Assembly: GCF_009914755.1 (NCBI RefSeq)
Contig: NC_060932.1
From: the human T2T-CHM13v2.0 reference genome, Homo sapiens
Reading direction: 5' to 3' (one strand)
Length of the DNA stretch: 64,000 bases
Shown one piece after another: positions 1 to 13,708 of the stretch (position 1 is the stretch's first letter; each line of letters opens with the position of its first letter). The position numbers were made by a program, and so were the translations under genes. The notes below the pieces were generated by a model. That model was not told where the DNA came from and ran no database searches. It worked only from the letters and a program-made list of their open reading frames with translations.

Positions 1-2130
1 AGGAGGAGTGAGAGAAGAAAAAAATAAGGGAGGAAGGGAGAGAAAAGAATCAGCCCAAGTCTCCATGCCCTGTCCCGGTGCCGTGACGGACCAGCACTTG
101 GGCAAGGTTGGAGAGTGGAGGGTGTGTGCTGAGCGGGGCGGTGCGGGTTTAGCAGGTGAGGGAGCTGACCATTCTCAGCCCTTCCTGAGTCACCCTGGAG
201 ACCAGGCCGTTTAAGGACACCTCACAGCCCCTCTCCATGGCGACTTGGCAGGAGGAGCCCTGCCGCAGCTCTGTCTTCTCTGCACTCACCAGCCTTTTTT
301 CCCTCATAGCCAAAGTCAAGCAGCTTAATGTTGACACAGCTCTTCCGACTTTACAAGACGCTTGTAGTTTTGGAACCACTTTGCCTACCCCGAGGGAGAA
401 AAGCAGCTAAAACCAACAATGGAAGCATTTTATTCTTGAAGACACTGAGAAAGGTGGCGAAGGCCTGGCTGTGGAGAGAAGAAACAAGGGGCACCCTCTC
501 CTCCCTCTTCTGTTTCTCTCCACACTGTGGCTCCCACTAAAACACATTTAAAGCCAGTTCTTGAAGGGTTTTCTCCATAACTGATGTGTCAGTTTTGTCT
601 AACAATTCATTTTTCAAATAATCATCCATTTGGGAAGTCCTTTTTTGTAAAATTCACATTCTAAGAGAAATTTTAAAAAACGAAATCCTCTAAAACACGG
701 ATATATCTACAAGAACACAGCACCACAAGACACTATCAGGTCCCATGACTCAGCCCTAGATAAGCTCTTCGAAATAGGAGGGAGCTCATCTGTCCAACAT
801 CTCATCAGTTTCAGTAACAACTCCCAATCCAAGCCTGTCAATTAACGATAAACCGCTGTTTATGTAATGAAACACACAGATCTTTCTGACTTACCGCTTC
901 TACATAGATTCATTGTGTTTATTTATGACTTCTTCAAGAAAGACAGAGATTGAGTGAGGTATTGCAGTCACTGCTAAAGAAATAATCAGTATTTAGCATT
1001 TGGACGGCACTTCCCTTGACAAACACCTCACTACCCGTCACTTAATTTACATTTCTCACTAAAGTGCCAGCGCCTTTCAGAAGCTAGCCATTGCCCTGCC
1101 CCCAAGTCTGTCATCACACTTCACTGTCAGAGAGAAGACTCTGAAAATGGAAAGATCCCGGCATGGCCCCCTGTAGGATGGAGCTCAGGTGCTCTGGTTT
1201 CTGGGCCCCATCACCATTGCTGAAGCAGGGAGTTACAACGTAAAATCTAATTTAGAATTACATTCACTATGAAGAACTGAATTATTTTAATTACTGAGCT
1301 GATAGCCTGCTTGTGACCTGCAATGACTGAAGGACATTTTTAAACATAAGACAAAGCAGAAAAGTCATAGGCATGTCCACGTGTACCCTAGGAAAGAGAA
1401 ACTCCTCCTCCAATGAATAAATGTAAGTGAATAGAAATAAAGTTGCTTTCTAATTACATCCCACAGACCCAGCCTGCAAGAGAGAGGTCCAAAACCAGTT
1501 GCCACTCACCATATAAAGAGCCAACCCAGGGAGGGAGCACATGTGTCCCTGACCTCTGTCCCAGGCTGGAGAACGGACTGTCCCCTCTGGGAAAACCTGA
1601 CCAGACCAAGAGAAAATGCTGACGGATACAGAGAGCTGAGAGCTGCCAAGGGAGGCTGCGTGGCCCGGTCACCCCACAGCAGCCCCATGTGAACAGATGG
1701 TCAGGAGTCAACAGGAGGATGCACCATGAAGGACAGAGATCAAAACGGGAAAAGGAAAACAGACCAAAGACAGGTGGAGAGCAGGAAGGAATTCCAGTAA
1801 CTGTAAATACTGTCTTCAGAGAGAAAAGATACGTCACCACTAAAGAACTGGAAGTCATGAAAAATGAACAGTTAAAAAAAGAGGATCTGGGAACTTAAAC
1901 TCTGAAACAATTTTTAAATTCCATAAAACTTGTACTAGATAAAGTTGGTAAACCTCACAGAAAGTAAATCAACAACAAAAAGAGATCTAAAAGGTGAAAA
2001 ATAAGAGAAAAAAGTGTAAGAAAATTGGAGAAGTGGTCTGGAACGTTCAACACCAGAAATAATGGGTTCAAGGAAGAGACAAGATAAAAGACTGAGAAGA
2101 AAAAATTATCAATCAAAGAATTCCAGAAAA

Positions 2131-2507
2131 TGTCTTAGTGTTTTACTCCATTTGTACTGCTCCAACAAAATACAGGAGACTGAGTACTTTATAAAAAACA
2201 GAAATTTATCTCTCACAGTTCTGGAGGCTGGGAGTCCAAGATAAAGCACCAGTGGGCTCAGTGTCTGGCAAGGGTTGGGACTCTGCTTCCCAGATGGTAG
2301 CTTGTGGCTGGGCCCTCACGCGGCAGGAGGTGAAAAGGTAAAAAGGCAAACCCAGGCCCTCAGCCCTTCCTTAAGGGCACTGATCCCACTGTGAAGGCTC
2401 TGCCCTTGTGACTTAACCACGTCCTTCAGGCCCCACCTCTCAATACTATCACATTGGCCATTAAGTGTGAACATATGAATTTGAAGGTACACTTTCAGAC
2501 CATAGCA
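2131..2507 (-). mobile_element. MaLR solo LTR (MST/MLT1A family, MSTD-like)
   Basis: Termini tgtcttagt...cagaccatagca; internal tctcacagttctggaggctgggagtccaagat and ggccccacctctcaatactatcacattgg. Confidence 0.85.
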
Positions 2508-2950
2508 TTCAGAATGCAACACGTTTCCAAATGAAAAGAGCTAGCACAGAGATAAAAATGAACCTACATCATATTGTCCTGCAATTTCAGAAAGCCAAAA
2601 ATGAAGAAAAGACCCTGAATGCTTCAAGATAATAAAGAAAAAAGAAGTGTATCGCTTGAGGATGGGGGACGAGATTGCGATTGAGCTTCTCTAGAACAAC
2701 ATAGGAGGCAAGCGGAAAATGAAACAGTGTTTTCAAAATTCAGAGACAGCTTTAAATCCAAAATATATTCTATAACCAGAGAAACTGTTAGTCAAGTAAA
2801 ATGTGAAGAGAAATCCTTATTTCCTATGCACTCATTCTCCTGGAGGAATTTAACAAACAAACAAAAAGAAGTGATCCAGGAAACAGCACTGCAGTGCAGG
2901 TGAGAGGTGAAAAGAGTGTTCAGGATTAAGGTGAAGACGGAGCTCAGATG

Positions 2951-3185
2951 CTGCACACCTGTACTGCATGCCCATATAATACACCTACACAGCACACCTG
3001 CACAATATACCTGCATACCACCCCTATACAGCACACCTGTACAACACACCTGCATGGCACACCTACATAATATACCCCCACAATACACTTTCACAGCACA
3101 CATGCATAATACACCTGCATAGAACACCAGCACAGTACACCCACACAGCACACCGCTCGCACACTTGTACAATATACCTGCATGA
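2951..3185. repeat. Degenerate ~12-bp tandem repeat (acacctgcacag-like) inside the HAL1 relic
   Basis: Recurring cacacctgca / cacctgtaca / tacacctgca units. Confidence 0.75.
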
Positions 3186-3939
3186 CAGTCCTGGATTGCA
3201 AACGCCACTGTTGGAGCAGGACCAAAAGCTTCAGGAATGGTAGCTCCTAGGAAATAATCAAGCAGATAGATTACCTGATGCATTTGACCTTATCAAGATT
3301 ATGTGCACATACGTGGCAGAGTTCAGGGATAAATTATTCGTGGATACACGGACAACTAAACAACAACAAAAAAGATAATTATTGACTACCCATCAAGCAA
3401 AATGTCACCCAGTAAAGGAAATATAAATATATTAGCTTGAATCTGTGGCTCGGATGTAAATAATATTTATAAGATAGTAATATAAACATTGAAGATTGAT
3501 GTAAAAATTATTACATATGTTTTATTTGGATGAGGGGGATGTATGTGTGTTAACAACAAAGAAAGAAGAAGCGATAAAAAAGATAATCCTTAGAACATGG
3601 AAAGGCATTGATAACGTTTAAAAAGAAAAAAATCAAAGAGTAGTAAACCCATGGTCTTTAAAAGTTTAGAGGTAAACACTGAAAAACAGATAAAATTTGA
3701 AACGGTTGCCTCTGGAGCAAACGCATCAGTTAGCAGTGTGGAGGGGTGGGGTTGTTTTTTGTTATAAAAGTTATACCAACTTATTTGACTTACTGAATGA
3801 CACAGGTGTATAACAAAATTAATTTTTGCAGCATGATGGAGGTGTAACCAATTCATAGGAGCAGGGACTTGAGGAAGGAGCTGAGAATTTCAAGGAGTTG
3901 GGAGAGGAACAGGCTCTGGGTGCAGCAATCACTGCGTTG

Positions 3940-4130
3940 CAGGAGATGTGCTAAGTGCATTGGACCAACTCATGTTAATCTCCATTATGATCCTCATGAA
4001 GTGAGAACTGCTCTTATCCCTCTTTCCAGACCAGGAAAACAGGCCACAATGGTTATATAATTTGTCCAAGGTCATAGCTGATCTGTGGCAGAGCTAAATT
4101 CTGATTCCAGGTGGTTGAGCTGTGTCCAGG
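3940..4130 (-). mobile_element. MIR SINE
   Basis: Reverse-complement MIR core: gtgctaagtgc...ttgtccaaggtcatagctgatctgtggcagagct. Confidence 0.7.
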
Positions 4131-5264
4131 AGCCGCACTGGCTCAGTGAGCCACCTGCTACCCCTCCGCCGACACGTTCTGTTTGGTTCCTGACTCAGTG
4201 TTCTGTTGTTACGGATTTCTCCCCTGGTGATGCAGTATCCAGCATTACTTGGAAGCTGACAAAAGGAAACATGTTCCAATCTTTGTCACACAGACATTCT
4301 GTAAGTCTAAATAAATTGTTCTTGTACTACAATTCTCCGTTTGTATCATCAGATTATTTTCACTGCAAATCAAGCCAATGTTTTCTTGCTCGCTTCTCAT
4401 GAAAACAGAAAATATTTGCTCACAACCTCCTGTGACTTTTTTTGTATAATGCAGAGAGAAACTAAATATTTCTGCTTAAGATAAACGATCTACAGACTTG
4501 CAGTCAATCAGAGATGTCTACCAAGGGTCGGCTTCCTGCTCAGCGCTGTTTGGCTCCAGGGCTCAGGGACGCAAGTTCGTGTCCTAATCCCAGTGAGCTT
4601 GTGCTCCACAGTGGAGAAAAAACTACGTGGGCAAAGAAAACCAACGATCGGCAATAATCTTTACCAAGAACCCGGGGTTAGGGGGGATATGGAGGATGGA
4701 GGGTGGCTAATGCCAGAACGAGAGCTTTTGGAAGAAAGGAGACCAATGAGGAAAACCTTCATGGAGGAGGTCGGGCTGGAGAGGGTCTTTAAAGAGAGGC
4801 AGGGGCCATGAAGAGTGGGAGACCAGTGATCCCAGGAGGGGCGTGCAGGCCAGGGGATGGGGTGGTCCAGCTGGAAAGGGGAGTGTGTTTGGGGCGTGGG
4901 GGCTGGGTCACTGCCTTGAGACCTATGGTGGCAGAAAGGCCTCAACGTTGGAAGAGGGGCTCAATGTCAAGCTGCATTTTCCTTTGTGGGTCTGACTTTC
5001 CAGTGTCCTTACTGCTGTCAGGACCCTCCCCGACCCCCTTATGAGCACTTGACATTTATGTCCAGTTATGGTGCTTACTTCTAACAGGAAGAATGGGACA
5101 GAAGCTAAATGAAGGCATTTCTGCATAAAGCTTGTAATCCAGCTGCGTTAACCTGAAATTGCTGGTCGAAGGTCACCTTCCCTTGGGACTAAACTCAACA
5201 TAAATTCTCATGCCTAAATCTAGTAATGGCACCATATTCGATCATCAGGTATTGATGAAGAGAA

Positions 5265-5400
5265 ATGCTAATCATGATCTGGGTGTTGACTACAGGGGTA
5301 TGTTTGGTTTGCTAAAATTCATCGAGCTGGACCTTATGATACTTGCCCTTTTCTGTGGTGCATTATACTTCAGTTAAAAGTTTCTAAAAATTCTAATTAA
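5265..5400 (+). mobile_element. Old L1M (L1ME-like) 3' end fragment
   Basis: tgatctgggtgttgactacagggg...aaaattcatcgagctg...ttatacttcagttaaaag. Confidence 0.6.
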
Positions 5401-5468
5401 AGTAACTTTTATGTATGTCTCTCTTAAGTGCTTGGCACAAAGGCAGACATTTTATGTACAGAGTTAGG

Positions 5469-5992
5469 TGTGGCAAGCTAAATTGTGGCTCCCGAAATAT
5501 GTCTAGTCCTGAAGCTCGGTTCCGGTGAATGTGACCCTATATTGAAAAAGGGTCTTTGCAGATGTGAGTCGGTCAAGCATCTCAACCTGAGATCATCCTG
5601 GATTATCTGGTTGGGCCCTAAATCCAATGGCACCTGTCCTTACAGAGTAACAGAGGTGAGAGAAGGCCTTGTGAAGACAGACAGAGATGGGAGTGATGTG
5701 GCCACAAGCCAGGGGAGGCCTGGAGCCCCCAGACACTGGAAGGGGCAGGAAGGATGCTCCCTGGGAGTCCCTGGAGGGAGGGCGGCCCTGTCCCCACCCT
5801 GATTTCAGGGTGTCCCTGGAGGGAGGGCGGCCCTGTTCCCACCCTGATTTCAGGGTGTCCCTGGAGGGAGGGCGGCCCTGTCCCCACCCTGATTTCAGGC
5901 TTCTGGCCCCCAGAACTCTGAGAGGGTAAAGCTCTGTTCTTTTAGCCTCCGGTTTTGAGTGATTTGCTGTCATAGCCCTAGGTTGTTTTACG
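5469..5992 (+). mobile_element. MaLR solo LTR (MLT1C/D-like)
   Basis: gaatgtgacc, agggtctttgcagatgt, gggccctaaatccaatg, ccacaagccagg, cttctggcccccagaact, agccctagg. Confidence 0.85.
5767..5899. repeat. 45-bp tandem triplication inside the MLT1 LTR
   Basis: gtccctggagggagggcggccctgtccccaccctgatttcagggt starting at 5767, 5812 and 5857. Confidence 0.95.
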
Positions 5993-8900
5993 GAAAGCTG
6001 GTGGGCCGTACTTTGGTGATTTTCTATGGCTAGAAGGTGGCAGTGCAGGGGTCTAACCTGAGAACCCTATTTTCACTGCGCTTCTTCTAACTTTAAATCA
6101 CTCTCACCAGTGAGTCCAGCGATGCTGTGTTTCTGCGAATGACCTTCCCAGCCGTACACAAATCGGGTGATTGATTGCTTGGTTTCTCATAAAATGGGAA
6201 CGTACCCTGCTACAGTGTAATGCTCCTATCTGGCTGTCAGGCACTTAGCAATGCTGTCATATTTCATCACGGTCACAACACCAGTCTTACATAATAAAAA
6301 GCTCTTTCTGCAGGAGAACATCAAAGCATACTCCCAAGAACTTTTTGAATGTGTGAGGAAAGATCTACACGGAGTAATGGGAAAAAATGCTATAATTTTA
6401 TGTGGGCCAATCCAAAATGCCGTGAAGCTTTTGTTTGAGGACTAGCATAAAACACACTCTTCTCACTGCTGATGTCTTGGGCATTAAACTACTGCCGTCC
6501 TCTTGGAGTTTTCTGATGAGCTTTGTAGTTCTCATTAATCATGGAGCTTTGCTAACCAGACAGCAGCCATGGGCCTTCCGAGGCTCATGAAAGCAAAGGC
6601 CTCTATGCCCTTGGTTTCAAGGGAGGTTGGACATGAGCCAAAACAGAGGCCAGTGACCACCACTGTGAGCAGGGGATTCACGCAGGTGGTGTCTGGGCCA
6701 AGGAGAAAGACGTGGAAGAGAATATCCCAGTCCCCATCAGGCCTGTGATTTGCCCGGGCTGCGTGCCGTAGACGGGAGGGTGTTGAGAACTAACTGTGCG
6801 TTCTGTGAGATATGCATCCTGTAGCAGAGGGCTGACTGGCTTATTGAGGAATGTCAGAGGACTGTTTACACGCTTATTTAACCATGTTTTAATTCTAAAG
6901 ATTTTGGGGAAAAGGCCTAGACTCTTCAAGGAAACATAAACATCCTCAACGTCCTCCGCAGTCACTCACTAGCGGCTGCTGAAAACAGGACCAGGAACAA
7001 GGATGGAATCCTTAACTGAATGTTCCTGACAGCACAACCCGCTTTCCTGAAAGGGTTCATGGCAGACGTTAAATGGGGCGGGGGGATCACCATTATTTTA
7101 AGATACGCAAGATCACAGCCTGAGGCTGTGTTGAAAGGATTCATGCTGTCACAAGCTTGCCAGGAAGTACAATTGATGCAGGCAAATGTAAAAATGTGAA
7201 CTATTTACTGTTAAAGCTGTCTCAGGAGAAAATCTCAAATAACAAGGAAAAGGCTTCGTTATAGAGCAATTGAAAAAGTTACCTCACAGCGTGCCAGGAA
7301 AGAATCCTGTTTTCCGTTCTACGTAGCAGATTGGAAATCTGAGCAATGCAATAAACAGTGGTGTATAGGATATGAAAAAAGATGAGTTTCACGTTGTAGT
7401 ATTTCCCAAGAGCACAGGCAGGACAAGTTCACACCTGGGGTTAGGGGCTTTCCTCCAAGGAAATACCACTGAATTCAATGAGGATTTAAAGCAATTGCTT
7501 GCAATGTAAAGGATGAGTAAACCCCAGTCACTTCTTCGAGGACTTCATGGTTTGGGAAAGGAAGAATGTAAGCCCAGAGACTAGGACAATGCAAAGTTGA
7601 AAGGAAAACAAGGTCAAGAGGGTTCACTGGGAGGAAGAGCTCACATGCACATTTGGGGCTGGGAGGGATGGCTTCCCAGAGGAGTCAGTGTTTAAAAGGG
7701 ACCGTGAAGGTGTTGGGCTGATTCTCATGCAACAGCCAGTGTTTGGCCTTTTTGACCCACAAGGAAACTACAGAGTAGTTTCTGCAAGGTAGATTTGAAA
7801 CTCCTTGCCAGGTGCCAGGTCAGAAGGTGGCAAGGCAGGCAGGAGGAGCACATGGGGCAGCAGGAGTGTGTTGGAGGCCGAGGGCCCTGGATTCTGCCCA
7901 GGACAGGTGCAGGCAGTGGGAGGGACCTGGCCGAGAGTTCAGGGGGCACAGCACTGGGGAGGGGCCCAGTGCCAGGTCTGGGTTAATATTCTGGGCAAAG
8001 CAGTGGCACTTCAGGCTTCCTAGTAGGATATGGCAAGTTCAGGGCCGTGTTTCAGGGAAACTGAGCTTGCAACCTGCTGTCCAGGAGTGAGGATGTCTGG
8101 CTGGAAGGAGAGAGTCTGCAGCCTAGGCTTGAAGGACCAGGGCTCAGAGCACCGTGAACTGGGAAGAGCTGGCCAGAAGGAAAATGGCCACAGGCCTCAC
8201 CTTGTGCACTGGATCTCAGTTCACTGGATCTCAAGTCTGGTGAGAGTCAGGAGTAAACAGGACTTTGGTGACCAGCGGAAACTAGGAAGGACGCAGGTGG
8301 ACCTATGTTTGATAGAAAGATACTGGACCTGTGGGTCTTAAATTGTTGCAGAGCATCCAGAGATGCTGGTCAAGAAAGAGATGGGAGCCAAGTGTGGGAT
8401 CTGGCGTGCAGCACCTTTATTGACTGGATGTTTTGGACACTGAAATGTGTCCACCTCTGGGCAACTCACTAGGATTTGACAGTGAATGGATCAACCGTGG
8501 GAGCATATGCGTGATCATGGGGGGAGGGCAGGAGAGAGGCCATTTGGGAGACAGAAGGCACAGAATGACAGCCCAGGCAGAGCTCTGCAGAGCACCAGTG
8601 TTTACACGCAGGACAAAAGGACATGGCCACAGCAGGGAAGAGGAGCAGCCGTGAAGGTGCAGGAGGAGCCCTGGTGGCAGCTGGTCTCGGGAGCCACAGA
8701 AGAAGATTCGAGTAGGAGCGAGAGAGCTGCCGTCCCTGGTTCTGCCCAACCAGTTGGTTGACCGTGGAGAATCCCATCCCTCTCCTTATCTGTGTTCCTC
8801 AAATTCAGTTATATGATCATTCAAGACGAGTTCTCAGATTTCTGAGACCCTGAACACAAATGATCAAATGAAACAGACGTGAGATTGACCTTTTTCCAAG

Positions 8901-9268
8901 CAAACCCGTGGGACTGGTTAATCCAATTTCCACACGAGTACGCTTGGGCTGAGAGCTAGCTTTATGTGACAGTCACCACACTGGGTAACTCCTGGGCACC
9001 CATTTGTCTTTGAGATGTTCTCTTTTTTTGGTATCTGAAGGGGGTGGCTAAAACTGGGCAGGCAGCTCCTTCTTCAGCAGAAGCATGGGTGGAAATTGCA
9101 CCCCAGCGTTTCACGTCCCTGCCTCCTGGCAGCCGGCAGCCCCAGGCCAGGGATGCTCAGGTAGAAGAGGAAAGCCAGTGATGTGAGTTCATGTGGGCCC
9201 AGCCCTAGGAGTTACAGATTGTGAGGCTGCATGGAGAGGGCAGGCAAAGGTAACTACATCTGACAGTC

Positions 9269-9670
9269 TGTTAGCGTTGAACCACATCTCTCCTAGATTC
9301 ATATGCAGAAGTCCTAGTCCCAGAGCCCCAGAAAGTGATTGTATTTGGAAATAGGGTCATTGCAGATGTAATTAGTTAAGACGAGATCATCCTGGAGTTG
9401 GCTGGGCCCTAATCCAATAAACTATCCTTGTAAAATGGGGAAATTTGGACACAGACAGACACATGGGGGAAGGCCATGTGAGGACACAGGGAGAAGTCAC
9501 CATCCACAAGCCAAGAAGAGAGGCCTCAGGAGAGCCCAGCTGTGGATTTCAAATGTCGGATTCCAACCTTGATCTGGGACTTCCAGCCTCCAGGAGGGGA
9601 GACGGTAAATGCTGTGTTTCATGCTGCCCATCTGGGTGCTTTGTTTCAGTAGCTCGAACAATCGAATGCT
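9269..9670 (+). mobile_element. MaLR solo LTR (MLT1B-like)
   Basis: gtatttggaaatagggtcattgcagatgtaattagttaag, ccatgtgaggacacagggagaag, ccatccacaagccaagaagagaggcctcagga. Confidence 0.88.
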
Positions 9671-10848
9671 CTGCCCAAGTGCCAGTTGGGTGATGAAGAT
9701 GACAGGGCTGGGGAGCAAGCCCAGAAGAATCGGGCCTGGGGAAGCAAAGGTGAGCTGGGCAGCTCAGGGCCGAATCTCAGTGATGCTCAAATGCTGCTCT
9801 GGAGCCTGCCGTTCACCTCACAGGTGACGGAAGGCCCCAGAAGGGGTTTGGATGGCTGCCTGCTTTAAATGTTGGAGGCCTGGTGAGTCTCCCACCCTGG
9901 ACTTTGGGAAGATGCAAGATGCCTGAGGCCCCTGCTGTCAGTGCCGCCCCTGCTCACGTTGGCTAATTGGCCAGGCCTGAGCCCCACCCATGACCAGATC
10001 CCCCGGGTCCCCGGTGGGGCTTACCGAGGAGCTCAGGTTCTTACAAGTACTGGAGTTCATCACCGTTTTCAATAGATTAACCCTATTTCTTTAGGGTTGG
10101 CCTGGGAATCTGATATCCTGTGCTACATGACTGCTATGGGAAAATGTATCCCAACCTGCGAGAAACTTCTGGAACAAGCTGCTTCTAGGCTGGTGCCAGC
10201 CCAGGCGCTGTGGGCCTCAGTGGAAGTGTGGCCTTGCCGGTTCATCCTCTGCGGGACCGAAGGCTCCTAGGCGTGCCCAGGGCAGAGTGCGCAGTGGATG
10301 CACAGCGCCTCACAGCCTTTCCTGGGTGTAATGGAAACACATTTCACTGAAGCATTCGGTAGGCACCGACCACCCTCGAAGTAAGGCATTATTTCTTACA
10401 ATTATTTATGTCTTGTACTCATTCACTCTTTCCCAAATTGGCAGGCACACCCCATGGGACCTTTCAGGGCTTTGAGGGAAGAAATGAATAACTCTTCTCC
10501 CTCCTCTGAAGCAGGAGCTCATAATAATAGGAGGGCAGGTGAAAGGAGACCCTGACGTCAGCCTCACAGCTGAGAAGGCCATATTGGTCCAGAGGAAAAA
10601 TGGGCTTTCCCCACCCCACCAACAGATGCACTAGAGTGAGCACAGATCCCGTTCCCCAGGAGGCACACCCACTCCTACCCCTGCTCCGACCAGCTTGCTC
10701 CGTGCAGAGAAGCTACACACGTTGGGGAGCAGGGGACCCTGAGACTGAAGCAGGGACTAATGGCACTGTTGAGTTCACCACCCGGCGCGGGGTCAGTGAG
10801 GAATGAAGGGCCTGGGGTGTTTCTCTCCCACATCTTACTCTGTGGGAT

Positions 10849-11207
10849 TGCGGTGGTCCCGATGTCTGTGTCCCCAAGATGCCTACGTTGAAATCCTAAC
10901 CCCCAGGGTGATGGCGTGAGGAGGTGGGGCTTTTGGGAGGTGATGAGGTCCTGAAGGTGGAGCCTGTGACTAGGATTAGGGCCCTTATGCAAGATCCCCC
11001 AGAGAGCTCCCCTGGCCTTCCCACCATGCAAGGACACAGCCCCATCTAGGAACCAGGGGAACCAGAAAGCAGCCCTCACTGGAAGCCAAATCTGCCATGC
11101 AAAGGTTTTGGACTTCCAGCCTCCAGAACTGTGAGGAACAAATGTGTGCTGCTGATGAGCCCCTAGTCTGGAACGCTGTGGTGTAGCAGCTTGAATGGAC
11201 CGAGACA
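10849..11207 (+). mobile_element. MaLR solo LTR (MLT1A0-like)
   Basis: gttgaaatcctaacccccagggtgatgg, ggaggtggggc, ggacttccagcctccagaactgtgag; terminus gaatggaccgagaca. Confidence 0.88.
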
Positions 11208-12464
11208 AGAAATAAACTGGGACTGTCCTCTCCACTGTGAAAACATGAGGAGTAGGGAATGTCTCCCAAATAAAACCCATTTCATTTACCTTAAGAGGTA
11301 AGTTGAGTTCCAGTCTCTGAAATAAATGCTTATGCTGGATCCCTCAGAAGTGTTTCTAATGCCCTAAATTCATATCATAGGACCTACATTATGACTCAGA
11401 ATTGGGAATTTTTTATTTCATAAAAATGGTTGGTGGTAACTGGGTGCCATTTTGAAATATCCACAAGGCAATGAGACCACAAGATACTTAGGATGAAATC
11501 TCTGTCCTTCTGGTTTTCAAAGCCGTGCACATGACATTTTTCTAAAACTCTCATGAATCTGCTAGACCCTGAGTGACCGCAGACAGCTTCTGTGGGTTAG
11601 CGTCCATCAGCGATGGCAGTCGGAGGAGTTCTCGCCATGGGAAGGTCAGGTCCTGAGCGGGCCCCTCCCCTGGAAGGGAAGCAGAGGCTTTGGGAGAGAC
11701 CTGGGAAGGGGCTGGGCTGCCCAGCGATGGAAGGGAGTAGGGGAGGCTGCAGAGCTGCTGAGAGGGCCCTCCCGAGGGCCTGGAGGTCATCCTTTTCTGA
11801 AATCTACAGAATGTTTTCCTGTGGAGTTGTCTTTGTGCTTTTTGACTAGATGTAATCATATAAACCATGACAACCAAAATAAGAGGGTTTGCTTTCCCTA
11901 TTGCCACCTTCCTTGGTATGACCTTGGGTTTTAATGGGTTTTCAGAGAGTGGGACCAAGTATTCTTCAAAAAGGACGTTCACTCCTTATGACTCCACAAT
12001 TTGGGGTCTTCAAGGTCTTTTTTAAAAAACACTTTGGTTCAAAGCCCAGCCCATTCCAGGCCTTGTTTCAGACAGAGAGATGGAGAGTCAGCACAGCGGT
12101 CAGGGGTCCCTGGGCCAAACTCCCCACCTTGATGTCACGCATTACTGACGTTCCCGACACACAGCTCGAGGGAATCTGGGCACAGGAAGGAAGCTGAGTG
12201 AGAGTGGCCTTCCCGGCGAACCTCGCTCCTGAGGGTTCAGTGCTGACAGTGGCCTGGCTCCATGCAGGTTCTTAAACGGAGAGACAGTGATTTAATTAAA
12301 CCACTCTTCGCCCGACTCTCCTGCCAGCTTCATGATTGGATCTGCAACATTCTCCAGCCCTGCAAGTCCAGGCCCCTCTCTTCTTTGTCTCATTTTTCAC
12401 ACTGATATTCACCTCCATTAAATGTGTCACATTTCTAAATTATCTCAAACAATAACAGGGCTGA

Positions 12465-12920
<456 letters not shown>

Positions 12921-13039
12921 TGAAGGCGTCTGTGCAACTGCTCCACGCACATGGTCTGTGCTGCACTCCAATTTCCCCCTAAAGGATGTAGATTTGATAT
13001 TAGTTCATTAAACATTTATTTATTTTTAATTTTTTAATT

Positions 13040-13590
13040 AAATTTTTTATTCCTTAATAAGCATTGTATAGATTTAAGGTGTACAAGGTGATGTTTTGAT
13101 TTACATACATGTAGTGAACCGTTTGCCACAGTCAAGCAAGTTAACACCCATCTTCCCATGTAGTTACCTGTGTGTGTGCTGGGGGTGGGAGAAAGTGAGG
13201 ACATTTAAGATCTCTCTCAGCAAATTTCAAGTATATAATACAGTGTTATTAGCTATCAACACCACGCTACACACATCAGGTCTCCAGGATTTATTTATCT
13301 TATAACTGAGCTTTTGTAGACTTGGGGCGTCCATCTGCGTGAGATCAGGCGGAGTTTGTCTCTCTGTGTCTGGCTTATTCCACTCAGCATCATGTCCTCC
13401 AGGCTCATCTATGTTTGTGCAAATGGCAGGACTTCCTTATTCTAAGGCGGAAGAGTGCTCCGTTGTGTGTGGACCAGAAGGAAGGAAATCTGTCCTCAGA
13501 AGAGATGTCCACAGCCCGGTGTTGACTGCAGCACTCATCACAGTGGCCAGGATACGGACACAATCTAAGTGTCCATTGACAGATCAATGG
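13040..13590 (-). mobile_element. L1MA-type 3' fragment with an inverted 5' segment (~13472-13590 on +)
   Basis: Antisense 3'UTR (gatttaaggtgtacaaggtgatgttttgat, cagcaaatttcaagtatataatacag, tctggcttattccactcagcat), then sense gaagagatgtccac...ctaagtgtccattgacagatcaatgg. Confidence 0.8.
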
Positions 13591-13708
13591 GCAAAATGCT
13601 CATCAGACATTTACTGGAAAACTGTGCAGCTCTTCCCCTGGGCTGTGTTCTGTGAGGGTTTCCGCCCCTCACCATGTGTGCACCACGATGAGTCCTCTCT
13701 ACCCCCGG

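Larger units (their letters stand above)
1690..3830 (+). mobile_element. Ancient HAL1/L1M-type LINE relic (ORF1-like region and 3' part), interrupted by an MST LTR and a tandem repeat
   Basis: A-rich plus strand with decayed ORF1-like motifs (aattggagaagtggtctggaacgttcaacacc, gcaatttcagaaagcc, ttttcaaaattcagag, attctataaccagagaaact, gatagattacctgatg). Homology resumes after the LTR at 2508. Confidence 0.65.

Noticed and set aside
7600-8760. Possible highly decayed L2 fragments
   Set aside because: Only short motifs (ggcttcccagaggag) are visible; boundaries cannot be supported by eye.
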